This document shows, piece by piece, positions 51,790 to 61,510 of a stretch of 64,000 bases of DNA. Both the position numbers and the translations under genes were made by a program. The notes below the pieces were generated by a model, which did no database searches, was not told the DNA's origin, and saw only the letters and a list, made by a program, of their open reading frames with translations. Each line of letters opens with the position of its first letter. Within the stretch, counting starts at the first letter, position 1. The stretch spans positions 33,172 through 97,171 of the forward strand of contig CAZIJO010000001.1 of the NCBI GenBank assembly GCA_964539515.1. Direction: 5' to 3'. This stretch comes from an uncultured Bifidobacterium sp. GTDB taxonomy: Bacteria > Verrucomicrobiota > Verrucomicrobiia > Limisphaerales > JADLHS01.

Positions 51790-53189
51790 GCAATAACGCC
51801 CCCATCTCGCGCCGTCATTTTCTCCGCACCATCGGCGCCGGCTTCGGCAGCCTGGCGCTGGCGGATTTGTTTGTGCGCGACGCCCTCGCCGCCGGGGTGG
51901 CGCATCATCCCGCCAAGGTCCGCCGGGTGATTCAGTTGTTCATGACCGGCGGCGCCAGCCCGATGGACACGTTCGATTACAAGCCGATGCTGGAAAAGCT
52001 GCATGGCCAGATGCTCGGGCCCAAAGTGAAGCCGGAAGGATTCACCGGCGAGGTGGGGGCGATCATGAAGAGCCCGTTCGAATTTGCGCAACACGGTCAA
52101 AGCGGCCGCTGGGTGAGCAGTGTTTTTCCTGAACAAGCCAAGCTCGTGGACGAAATGGCCTTCCTCATGGCCATGCAGTCGAAAACGAACGTCCACGGTC
52201 CGGGCACTTACATGATGAACAGCGGTTTCCTGCTGCCCGGGTTCCCGTGCATGGGCGCCTGGATTTCCTATGCCCTCGGAAATCTCACCGACAATCTGCC
52301 GACCTTTGTGGTCCTGCCGGATGCGAAAGGCCTGCCCTACAACCAGCGCGGTTGCTTTTCGTCCGGGTTCCTGCCGGCCGTGCATCAGGGCACCGTGATC
52401 AATGCTGCAAGCCCGCGGCCCGTGCCGGATTTGTTCGCGGGCGACAAGTTCGCCTTCGCCAAGCGGGACGGGGATGCCGCGAGCCTGGCGCTGTTGAACA
52501 AGATGAATCGCGCCCACGCCGAACAACACCCCGGCGATTCCCGGCTCGAAGCCCGCATCGCCAGCTACGAACTCGCCGCCAAAATGCAGCTGTCCGCACC
52601 CGAAGCGTTCGATGTGATGCGGGAGCCGGCCTCCCTGCGTGCCAGTTACGGCCTGGATGACAAAGTCACCGAGGACTTCGGACGCCGCTGTCTGCTCGCC
52701 GCCCGATTGGTCGAGCGCGGTGTGCGCTTTGTTCAAGTCTGGAGCGGACCTCAGGGCGCGACGGGCAATTGGGACAACCACGCCAGCATTCCCAAGGAAC
52801 TCCCGCCGATGGCCGCAAGCGTGGACCGGCCGATCGCCGCTTTGCTGCGCGATTTGAAATCTCGCGGTCTCGCCGACGACACGCTTGTGATCTGGACCAC
52901 TGAGTTCGGGCGGACGCCCTTTGCGCAAAGTGGCGTCGGTCGCGACCACAACGGCGGCAGTTTTGTCACCTGGCTTTGGGGCGCGGGCATCAAACCCGGC
53001 ATCGCGTACGGGCAAAGCGACGATTGGGGTTATCAAGCCGTGGAGAACAAGACGTATTGTTACGACCTCCATGCCACCGTTCTCCACCTGCTCGGCATCA
53101 ACCATGAGCGCCTGACGGTGCGGCAGAACGGCATCGACCGCCGCCTGACCGATGTGCATGGCCACGTCATCAAAGAAATATTGGCGTGA
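51786..53189 (+). CDS. DUF1501 protein with Tat signal, copy 2
   Basis: ATGA overlap at 51786-51789. SRRHFLRTIGAGFGSLALADL. FMTGGASPMDTFDYKP. WDNHASI. RDHNGGSF. Confidence 0.9.
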   Translation: MSNNAPISRRHFLRTIGAGFGSLALADLFVRDALAAGVAHHPAKVRRVIQLFMTGGASPMDTFDYKPMLEKLHGQMLGPKVKPEGFTGEVGAIMKSPFEFAQHGQSGRWVSSVFPEQAKLVDEMAFLMAMQSKTNVHGPGTYMMNSGFLLPGFPCMGAWISYALGNLTDNLPTFVVLPDAKGLPYNQRGCFSSGFLPAVHQGTVINAASPRPVPDLFAGDKFAFAKRDGDAASLALLNKMNRAHAEQHPGDSRLEARIASYELAAKMQLSAPEAFDVMREPASLRASYGLDDKVTEDFGRRCLLAARLVERGVRFVQVWSGPQGATGNWDNHASIPKELPPMAASVDRPIAALLRDLKSRGLADDTLVIWTTEFGRTPFAQSGVGRDHNGGSFVTWLWGAGIKPGIAYGQSDDWGYQAVENKTYCYDLHATVLHLLGINHERLTVRQNGIDRRLTDVHGHVIKEILA

Positions 53190-53455
53190 ACCCGAACGCG
53201 CAAGCCAAGCGGCGATACGACCTCCATGATCCACGTTTCAAGACCTCTGGCTACCAGGGCCCAAGAAATCTGTGCGGACTTGCATGCAAACGAGCATCCA
53301 GGACTCGCCGTGCCCATGAAGCCCGTCACATCAGACCCCGATCAACCTTTGATCCGCGAGCGGGGGACGCGCGACCGGAGCGTGGAGAATTGTTTGACAC
53401 CTGCGCCGGCTGGTAAGATAAGGTTCTCCCTGTCCTGCAAACCCAGATCTGGCTC

Positions 53456-53869
53456 ATGAATTTTGACGCCCACCTGTCTGATTCCGTCCGGCGCATCCGA
53501 CGACCGCCGCGATCGGGCGGCGGGTTCACCCATATCGAGTTGCTGGTGGTAATCGCCATGATCGCCCTCCTCGCGGCGATGCTGCTGCCCGCGCTCGCGC
53601 GCGCCAAATACGCGGGCAGGCGGTCCGCCTGCAGCAACAACATTCGCCAGCAATACCTCAGCCAGATCCTGTATGCGGACGACAGTGCCGGGAGGTTCCT
53701 CTTGGATGCCGACCCCAGCCCCGACTACCACCGCCGCCCCGGCACTGGCTCCCAAAGCATAGTGGATTGCCCCAAGGTGAAATACGTGGTGAACACGCGG
53801 ATGGCAGCGTGGTCATCCGTCCCAAGACCCGGTTGTGCCAGCGCGCCGTCGGTGCCGACGATGGCGTGA
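53456..53869 (+). CDS. Prepilin-type N-terminal cleavage/methylation domain protein (short, possibly truncated)
   Basis: [31 protein letters not shown] followed by CSNNIRQ. At 137 aa it is shorter than most members I recall. The C-terminal 40 aa look non-conserved. Confidence 0.65.
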   Translation: MNFDAHLSDSVRRIRRPPRSGGGFTHIELLVVIAMIALLAAMLLPALARAKYAGRRSACSNNIRQQYLSQILYADDSAGRFLLDADPSPDYHRRPGTGSQSIVDCPKVKYVVNTRMAAWSSVPRPGCASAPSVPTMA

Positions 53870-53930
53870 CGCTTTACTACTATTGACTCACAGCTCGAAC
53901 GCGCAAACCGGCGGCCAAGACGAATGACTC

Positions 53931-55598
53931 ATGGCAACTGACTTCAAGCAAACCACGCCGGCGCCAAAAGGCATTTCCCGAGCGTTCACGTTCAGGAGCC
54001 CCATCCCACTTGCGTTCCTGCTGGCCCTTTCCCTCCTGCATCCGGCGCCGGCGGTGCCCGCCGCTGAGCCGGCCCGTGGCTCCCGCGTGTTGGAGCTTCA
54101 GCTCCAACGTCGGGATCCCAAGTCGGGTGCCATCACCGTCACCACCGAACGAGTGGCCTCGACAAATGTGGCCATCGTGATGATTGACTTTTGGAACTAT
54201 CACTGGTGCGCGAGTTGGGTGGGCCGTGCCGGCGTGATGATTCCGCGGATGAACCAGGCCCTGATCGAGGCGCGCCGGCTGGGCATGACCGTGGTGCATG
54301 CGCCCACCGATTGTTCGAGCGGTCACGCCGGCACGCCGCAACGCGAGATCATGGCGGGTTTGCCGCCATGTCCGTTACCTACGCCGAGCGATTTCAATCC
54401 GCCGGCGCCGTGGGGACTGGGCTTCGGCGGCGGCTGCATGTGTGGCGGGCCGTACCCGTGCGCCGCGAATTACGGCTGGACGCGCGAGGATCCGCGGTTG
54501 TTGATTGCCGAAACGGACTTTGTATCGAGCGGGCCACGCGAACTCAACAACCTCTGCGTGGCGCGCGGGATCAAGCACATCATCTACTGCGGCGGCGCCG
54601 CCAATATGTGTCTTTTGCAAAAACAGGAAGCCATGCTGGCCATGATCCGGCTCGGCTACCACGGCATCGTGGCCCGCGATATCACGGAGGCGCACAGCGA
54701 GTTCACCGCGCCGGGCTCGGCCGACCGGGCAACGGAGCAGTCGGTGGAATACATCGAAAAACTGATTGGCCCGTCCATCCATCTTGTCCAGGAATTGCGC
54801 CGGGCGGGTTGTTGGGATGAACACGCCCTCGTCGATGCGCCAATCCTCGTGCCTTGGGGATTCAAATTGCGTCCCAAGTTTTTCGACACCACGTTAGCGG
54901 TGAGCCTTTCAATCCCCCGCCTGGCTGGTGTCGAAATTCGTTACACTACCGACGGCACTGAACCGGCCCCGCAGTCGCCCCGCTACGTCAACCCGCTTAC
55001 CTTGAGCGACACCACGACGCTGCGTTGCGCGCCGTTTCGCGACGGACGCAAGGTCGGACTGGAGAGCGAAGGCTATTTTGTCCGCATGCCGCCGAAACCG
55101 CCGTTGCCGGAGGTTTTCCTCTCCGACCTCAAGCCGCTCAAGATGAACATGGCGATCTGGAGCGAGTGGTACGCCGAAGCGTCACGTCCGGACCCCCGCC
55201 CGGATCGCGCCTACGACGACGGCCCGCTGCGCCTGCGGGGCGTGGACTACAAAAGGGGGATGGGACTGCGCGCCCCCTCCCACTTGCTCTACGAAGTGAA
55301 GCCGGAGTTCGATCGCTTCGTGGCCCGGGCGGGCGTGGATGAGGGACTGCTGAAAAATGATCTGGGCCGGGAGCGGGCGATGTATCCCCACGTGGTTTTC
55401 AAAATCGTGATTGACGGACGCGTGGCGGCGGAGAGTCCGGTGATGCGCATTTCCCAAGAACCATGGCGTTTCAATGTGCCGATCCCGACGGGCAGTCGGG
55501 TGATCAGCCTGGCCGCGGCGCACGTCGGTGAATTCAACCCGGGTGAGTTGATCCAGTGGGTGGATGCGGGCTTCACCCTCAAGGCAGATGCGAAGTAG
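53931..55598 (+). CDS. Secreted isochorismatase-like (cysteine hydrolase fold) + chitobiase/hexosaminidase-C-like + NPCBM-like domain protein
   Basis: Signal ...LAFLLALSLLHPAPAVPA. VAIVMIDFWNYHW...VVHAPTD...IIYCGGAANMCLL (isochorismatase-like). IRYTTDGTEPAPQSPRY (Fn3-like/CHB_HEX_C-like). VFLSDLKPL...YKRGMGLRAPSHLLYEV...FVARAGVDE (NPCBM-like). Confidence 0.65.
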   Translation: MATDFKQTTPAPKGISRAFTFRSPIPLAFLLALSLLHPAPAVPAAEPARGSRVLELQLQRRDPKSGAITVTTERVASTNVAIVMIDFWNYHWCASWVGRAGVMIPRMNQALIEARRLGMTVVHAPTDCSSGHAGTPQREIMAGLPPCPLPTPSDFNPPAPWGLGFGGGCMCGGPYPCAANYGWTREDPRLLIAETDFVSSGPRELNNLCVARGIKHIIYCGGAANMCLLQKQEAMLAMIRLGYHGIVARDITEAHSEFTAPGSADRATEQSVEYIEKLIGPSIHLVQELRRAGCWDEHALVDAPILVPWGFKLRPKFFDTTLAVSLSIPRLAGVEIRYTTDGTEPAPQSPRYVNPLTLSDTTTLRCAPFRDGRKVGLESEGYFVRMPPKPPLPEVFLSDLKPLKMNMAIWSEWYAEASRPDPRPDRAYDDGPLRLRGVDYKRGMGLRAPSHLLYEVKPEFDRFVARAGVDEGLLKNDLGRERAMYPHVVFKIVIDGRVAAESPVMRISQEPWRFNVPIPTGSRVISLAAAHVGEFNPGELIQWVDAGFTLKADAK

Positions 55599-55626
55599 AA
55601 AACCCAGCGCGGCAGAGCCGCAACCA

Positions 55627-58560
55627 ATGAAACTCCCGCTCCTCCTGGCGCAGGCAGCGCAGCGCGGCCAAGCAAGACGGCGCGACGGGCGGCCGTCGGG
55701 TGCGCAGCCTTGCCTGGTGCTGGCGATCGTCAGCCTGGCCATCTCCGCGACGATGGGGCTGCCGGTGGCGGCCGGCGCGCGAACCGTGCGGTTGGAAAAT
55801 GCGCACATCGCCGTCGAACTGCACGCAGACACCGGCGCGCTCAGGGCCATTCGAGATCGGGAACCGCAGGTCACATATTCCTTCCAGGGCATCCCGTTCA
55901 CCATCCGTACCGATGCCGGAGCGTGGCGGCCAACGCAGGCGTCAGGCCGGGAGGGATCCGAGTCCTCCCAGGTTTTCACCTTCAATGGCGAAGGCTTTGA
56001 CGCCCGGTTGCATTATCGGCTCGGCCCCGAAGACCGGTTCGTCGAAAAGTGGGTGGAGGTCCGGCATCGCGACGGCACCCCCTATTTTCTCGAGGCGTTG
56101 GTGCTGGAGGATGTTGTTCTCGGCCCCGAATTCCGGGAGTTGCATTTCCATGACGATCAGACCAAGTGGCATTGCCCGATCAATTTGTTTCTGCGCACGG
56201 ATCGCGGCGGTTGCTTTGCCGGGCTTGAATATCCGTATTGGCAAAAAGAACTGCGCGGCGCGCGGGGATTTCGACTCGGCTACGCGCCAAATTTCCCCGT
56301 GGCCGCCAACGAAGTGTTCACCAGTGAACGATTCTTTCTTGGCGTTTATCAATACGAGGGCATCTACCGTTACTCGCACGGGCCCTTTCCCGGCGATCTG
56401 AAACCGGCGCTGCTCACCTTCAACAACACCTCGGTGAGCCACTATCGCGACACCACGGACGTACTGCCCGAAGTGCTCGACTGGGGCGAGGTCTGGGCGA
56501 TGCAAGCGTTCATGCGGGCCGTGCTGCCGCGGCATCCACTGCCCGAGGCGGGCTATTACACCTGGGTGAACTCGTGGTGGGCGTGGGCCTGGAATCAGAA
56601 ATGGAGTTTGAACGAAGGCGTCATTGACCTGCTGGCCAAGCTGGGCATCCACGATGTGATGACCCAATCCATCTGGTTCGGTCACGGCCAGCACCCGATG
56701 CCCGTTCCCTACATCTCGCGCATGGATCCCTCGCAGCCCGTGAGTTTCGCCGCCACGCCCGCGATGGAATCACTCATCGCTTATGGAAAACGGCAAGGCG
56801 TCAACGTCACGAGTTTCTGTTGTCCGGGGATGTATTTTGACAACCGGCCCGATTGGCTTTCCCTGCGGCCCGATGGCCGCCCGGCCCGCTACAATGATTG
56901 GAGCCAGGTGAGTTGTCCCGCCCGCGACGATTACACGGAGTTCATGCTCCAGTTGTATGACGAGCTTTTGACCAAATACGGCTGTCGCTGGTGGGGGTTC
57001 GATGGCCGGTGGCTGAGCTTCCGGGAGTTTCCGCAGGACGATGGTCAGCCGCTGGGCGACGACCCTTGTTGCGCCGGCAATCACGGCCATTTGCCGGGCG
57101 ACAACACCTACCGCGAATGGCGGAACATCAACCGGCTGCTTTCGGAACTTCGGCGCCGCCATCCAGGCATCTGCCTGGAGAGCTATTATGGCTTGAAGCG
57201 GGGCGGTCCGTGGATGCTCCGCCCCTTGAACGCCACCGAAAACTATTACGAGGAAAGCAGCAGCGACCAAATGCGCTTTCAGCTTTGGCACAATCACAAC
57301 GACCGGTTTTTCCCGCCGGATCGCAACATGACCACTCTCTTTGCCCGCGACTCGGCGAGTTTTCAGAACGGTTTGATCAGCATGATTGCCGGCGGGCCGT
57401 ACGGCCAGGTCGGCCCCGGACTGCACCAACTCGTCCACCAGGAGAACCAGGCGTTCTTCGAAAAGTGGCGCGCTTGGGCCAGCCAAAACATCGAGTACTT
57501 GAACGTCCGGCGGGAACTGTTCCCCTGCCCGGGTTACGGCCGCGTGGACGGCAGCGCCCACATCGTTAAAGACCGCGGCTTCCTGTTTCTCTTCCCCACC
57601 GGCCTCCAACCCAATTCCCACTCGCCCGCCAACGATGAAGGCATCCAGGCCGCCGTGCGCCAGTTTCCCAAAGTGGTGCGGGCGGCCATCCGCCTCAATC
57701 ACTGGCTGGGGTTGGAGAAGCAATCGGCGGCCGTCTTCAAAGTTGTGGAACTCTACCCGCGGGAAGGCCGCCTTCTGGGATCGTATCGCTACGACGCAAC
57801 GCTGCTCTACGATATGCCGAAAGATTCGGCGGTCGTGCTGTCGCTCATGCCCGCTCCGCCGCGCGAGCGCAGCGCCGCCAGGGGCTTTGAACCAAAGGCC
57901 GGCGAGGTCCACGAAGTGGAGGCTTTTGCGGCCCGCGCCATGAGCCCTCGCAAGTTTCTGGCGCTCGATGATTCGGCGCGAGCAGCGGCGTTCTTGCAAA
58001 AGGCCGGCTTCGAAGTTGCCAAAGAAAACGTGAACCCGGTGGACGGCGTGGCGGCCAAGGAACTGGATTTTCCTGCGCTCGAACAAGCGGCGGATGCCGC
58101 CTGCGATTTGGGCGACATCCGGTTGCGCGCCCCCGCCACCATCGCCGCCTGGGTCTGGCGCAATGACCTCACTGACGACCGGCGGCTGTTCTCCCAATTG
58201 TCCGGCCCGATCGCGCAAGGCGGCGCCCTGCGCCTGGCAAACCGGCAATTGCAGGTCTGGGATGGCCGCCAGTGGCTGGTGTTGATTTCTGATGGCGTGG
58301 AAGCCGGGACCTGGCTGCACCTCGCCGTGGTTTTTTCCGCCGATGGCCGCGCGACTGGATTTCTGAACGGCCAACCCCAACAAACGGTTGCCTGCAGTTG
58401 CGATTACCGGGGAGTGCGGGCGGGCATCGGGGCGAAGTTCCTCGGCCAACACGGTGGTCAGTTCAGCGGCCAGTTGCGCGATTTCCAAATCCGCCGTGCG
58501 GCAATCACCGTGCAGGAACTCGATCAACTTCGGCGTCGCCCGCCGGCAAATCCACGCTAA
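55627..58560 (+). CDS. Large hypothetical secreted protein (probable carbohydrate-active enzyme) with C-terminal LamG-like domain
   Basis: ATG 55627 (MKLPLLLAQAA...). The C-terminus ATIAAWVWRND...GTWLHLAVVFSADGRATGFLNGQPQ fits the concanavalin/LamG pattern. The central region was not assigned. Confidence 0.65.
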   Translation: MKLPLLLAQAAQRGQARRRDGRPSGAQPCLVLAIVSLAISATMGLPVAAGARTVRLENAHIAVELHADTGALRAIRDREPQVTYSFQGIPFTIRTDAGAWRPTQASGREGSESSQVFTFNGEGFDARLHYRLGPEDRFVEKWVEVRHRDGTPYFLEALVLEDVVLGPEFRELHFHDDQTKWHCPINLFLRTDRGGCFAGLEYPYWQKELRGARGFRLGYAPNFPVAANEVFTSERFFLGVYQYEGIYRYSHGPFPGDLKPALLTFNNTSVSHYRDTTDVLPEVLDWGEVWAMQAFMRAVLPRHPLPEAGYYTWVNSWWAWAWNQKWSLNEGVIDLLAKLGIHDVMTQSIWFGHGQHPMPVPYISRMDPSQPVSFAATPAMESLIAYGKRQGVNVTSFCCPGMYFDNRPDWLSLRPDGRPARYNDWSQVSCPARDDYTEFMLQLYDELLTKYGCRWWGFDGRWLSFREFPQDDGQPLGDDPCCAGNHGHLPGDNTYREWRNINRLLSELRRRHPGICLESYYGLKRGGPWMLRPLNATENYYEESSSDQMRFQLWHNHNDRFFPPDRNMTTLFARDSASFQNGLISMIAGGPYGQVGPGLHQLVHQENQAFFEKWRAWASQNIEYLNVRRELFPCPGYGRVDGSAHIVKDRGFLFLFPTGLQPNSHSPANDEGIQAAVRQFPKVVRAAIRLNHWLGLEKQSAAVFKVVELYPREGRLLGSYRYDATLLYDMPKDSAVVLSLMPAPPRERSAARGFEPKAGEVHEVEAFAARAMSPRKFLALDDSARAAAFLQKAGFEVAKENVNPVDGVAAKELDFPALEQAADAACDLGDIRLRAPATIAAWVWRNDLTDDRRLFSQLSGPIAQGGALRLANRQLQVWDGRQWLVLISDGVEAGTWLHLAVVFSADGRATGFLNGQPQQTVACSCDYRGVRAGIGAKFLGQHGGQFSGQLRDFQIRRAAITVQELDQLRRRPPANPR

Positions 58561-58732
58561 AGGAGACTTCGTCGGTGGAGCGTCGGCGGTTGCCCGCGGC
58601 GCGGCCATGAGCATGTTACGAACCGGTAAATAATGATAATGTGGAGGGCAACATGGACTTGTCCCAGGTCGAACAACAATTCAGGATCAGACAAAAACCT
58701 CCAAGCGAGGACCGTCAGGCCGCCCCACGTAG

Positions 58733-58954
58733 TTCGATGGCAAACCCAATGGCGGACAGTTCACCGCGACGGTCTATCCCGGCCCGCGCGGGCACTTCGT
58801 CTTCAACGCGGCGACGTGCTGGTGGGAGGACGGCTTGAGCGCGCCGCCCGGCTACGTGCGCCCGTCGGCCTCCAGCAAACCTCGAGGCCCGGATGCCCGC
58901 GCCCAGCAAATCACGCGAAACGTGCTGGGGCGGATGATTGGATCGCACGAGTAA
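58733..58954 (+). pseudogene. Start-less 73-codon open frame resembling the C-terminus of a larger enzyme (gene fragment)
   Basis: The frame opens directly after TAG 58730-58732 and reads FDGKPNGGQFTATVYPGPRGHFVFNAATCWWEDGLSAPPGYVRP...ITRNVLGRMIGSHE*. It is protein-like but has no start codon and no upstream continuation in any frame. Confidence 0.35.
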
Positions 58955-58973
58955 CATCATCTGACGAACGATT

Positions 58974-61253
58974 ATGCACGATAAGATTGTCCAAATTTTT
59001 TCTCAATTCACCGCAAGGTCAGTGGGCCGATACTCCCTCATCGCGGTTCGGTCGTCGGCCTGCTCGGTCCTCCTGATGCTGTCCGGTTTGGACGTGATGT
59101 CGGCCGCCGGCGCCGACTCGTCTTGGCGCATCGTCGCCCGGGCTGACAACAATGTCGTCCGTGTGCTGCGCGATGCCGGGGCCAGTATCGAATGCTTCGA
59201 CGATGCCGCGACCGCCGTCGCGCAGTCACCGGCGGGCGCTGGCGTGCTGGTGTTGGCGGATCACTATCCGCAGCAGACCACCCGCCTGGATCCGGAGTTG
59301 TTTGAACAGGCCCGCGACAAGAAACTCCGGCTCTACGTGGAATACCCGTCGTTTGTTCCGGCGCTGAAACTCGGTGCACCGCAGCCTCTGAAGACCGGCC
59401 ATTGGGGCAATATCCTGGAGCGCACCGTGGTGGTCAGCGACGCCTTTGGCGACGCGCTGAAGAAAATGCGCATCCTGATGATCCACGACTGCCACTACCT
59501 GCCGGTTGAGGCCAGCCAGCCGCATCTCGTGGTCGCCCGGGTCGCCGGCTACGACGACGCGCTGTACGGGCTCCCGAAAACCAATGTCCACCCGATTCTT
59601 TTCGAACCTCCCGCTGGCGGAGTGTTGGTGGCGACCACGAAACTCAGCCAGTTTGTGACGGCGCGCTATGCACCGTTGGACGCCTGGGAACCGGTGTGGC
59701 GGATGATCCTGCACTGGGTGCAACCGGACGCCGAGGTTCCGACGTTGCGCTGGACTCCAACCGTGCAGCCTTCGTTCACCCGGGATGCCGAGTTGCCGGT
59801 CGATGTCGAACGCCAGGCCCTCCAGCGCGGGGCCGCGTGGTATCGCAAGTCCGGTCTGCTGGTCCATCCGTCGTGGCAGGCACGTTACGATCGACCCTCC
59901 AATCAGGGGCCGCCCACTGCGGACTGGCCCGATGGACATCGCGCGGGACCGGCGGCGACCCGGGACGCCGCGGCGGGTGATGGCAGTCTCGGTTTGCTGG
60001 AGGGATTTCGTTCGAAGATCTATTACGACGGATCGCAGTCGGTCTTGTGGTGGCGTCGGGCGGACAATGTCGGTGAATCGGCCGGCGCGCTGGCGCTGGC
60101 GGGCTCCGTGTTGCAGCAGCCCGAATTCAGCCGCATCGGATCAAATCTCGCCGACTGGCTGACGGGCCAATCCTTGCTCTACAACGGTCCCTTCGCCGAT
60201 CCGAACCATCCGGCCTTCGGTCTGGCAGGCTGGAATGATGTGCCGCGTTACTTCGGCGGTGCGCATGGGTATCACCAGTTGTGGGGCGATGACAATGCGC
60301 GAGCCTGGCTCGGCCTGCTTCGCACCGCAGCAGCACTGCGCACCGATCGCTTCGACGAACGATTGGCGCAGCAGCTTCTCGCGATGACCCGGCTGACCGG
60401 GCGCAAGGGCTTCGCCCCACCGCACCTGGATTTGCCGTCACTGGCCAGTGGCGGATGGGAACGACACTTTAAAGGATCATCCGAAGACCTGTCGCCGCAC
60501 TACCAGGCCTACGTGCAGGCATGTCTGCTCTGGGGGGCGAAGGTCACTGGATTTCCGCTCCTCCGGGAGCGCGCCACCAAGGGCATCCGGCGAATGATGG
60601 AGGTCTATCCGCAAGGCTGGTCGGCGACCAATGATCAGTTCAACCAGGAGCGGGCTCGCATGCTGCTGGCTTTGGCCTGGCTGGTCCGGCTGGACGATAC
60701 GCCGGAACATCGGACATGGCTGCGGCGCGTGGCGACCGATCTCACGGGCGACCTGGACGCTTCCGGCGCCATTCTCACCAAGATTAAACAGGGACCGGCC
60801 AGCAACGAAGCTTATGGCACGGCGGAGACCACGCTGGTGCAAGCCAATGGCGATCCGAACACGGACCTGCTCTACACCGTGAACTTTGCCCTCGTCGGCC
60901 TGCACGAAGCCGTCGCGGCCACCGGCGAGGCCCTCTATCGCGACGCCGCCGACAAGATTGTGCGGTTTCTTTGCCGGGTGCAGGTGAAGAGCGACGCCCA
61001 ACCTCAGCTCGATGGCGGATGGTTTCGCGGTTTCGATTATCGCCGCTGGGAATACTGGGGCAGCGATGCCGACGTTGGCTGGAGTCTCTACTCCATGGAG
61101 ACGGGTTGGATTTCGGGCGAGATACTCTCCGTGCTCGCGTTGCGACAGATGAAGACCTCGCTCTGGGACCTGACCGTGACCAGCACGATTCCGCGGCACT
61201 TTGAAGTCTGGCGCGAGCGAATGTTGCCGGACGAGGTGCCCGCTGCCAAATAA
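58974..61253 (+). CDS. Hypothetical secreted protein (759 aa)
   Basis: Long ORF with codon usage matching its neighbours. N-terminal hydrophobic SACSVLLMLSGLDVMSAAGA. No family recognised. Confidence 0.65.
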   Translation: MHDKIVQIFSQFTARSVGRYSLIAVRSSACSVLLMLSGLDVMSAAGADSSWRIVARADNNVVRVLRDAGASIECFDDAATAVAQSPAGAGVLVLADHYPQQTTRLDPELFEQARDKKLRLYVEYPSFVPALKLGAPQPLKTGHWGNILERTVVVSDAFGDALKKMRILMIHDCHYLPVEASQPHLVVARVAGYDDALYGLPKTNVHPILFEPPAGGVLVATTKLSQFVTARYAPLDAWEPVWRMILHWVQPDAEVPTLRWTPTVQPSFTRDAELPVDVERQALQRGAAWYRKSGLLVHPSWQARYDRPSNQGPPTADWPDGHRAGPAATRDAAAGDGSLGLLEGFRSKIYYDGSQSVLWWRRADNVGESAGALALAGSVLQQPEFSRIGSNLADWLTGQSLLYNGPFADPNHPAFGLAGWNDVPRYFGGAHGYHQLWGDDNARAWLGLLRTAAALRTDRFDERLAQQLLAMTRLTGRKGFAPPHLDLPSLASGGWERHFKGSSEDLSPHYQAYVQACLLWGAKVTGFPLLRERATKGIRRMMEVYPQGWSATNDQFNQERARMLLALAWLVRLDDTPEHRTWLRRVATDLTGDLDASGAILTKIKQGPASNEAYGTAETTLVQANGDPNTDLLYTVNFALVGLHEAVAATGEALYRDAADKIVRFLCRVQVKSDAQPQLDGGWFRGFDYRRWEYWGSDADVGWSLYSMETGWISGEILSVLALRQMKTSLWDLTVTSTIPRHFEVWRERMLPDEVPAAK

Positions 61254-61510
61254 TCTGCCATTACAGTTTATGCTGCCTTCAGTCCCAGCCTCTGCCCGCG
61301 GTTCGGTTGCGGACCGAATTAAGCAGGGTTCAAGTGCGCCTTGGCGTGGTTAGGCGCGCAACCCCGTTCAGGGTTCCCGCTATTACTGCCGCGACCTGGA
61401 ATTGATTTGTGGTAACTGAAATGGCGCGGCACACTCAGGCTTGACGCGAGCGGATGCTGCGGATGCAGGCTCGATGCAAGCGGCGCGCGGAGCGTCAGCC
61501 CAACCATGGA

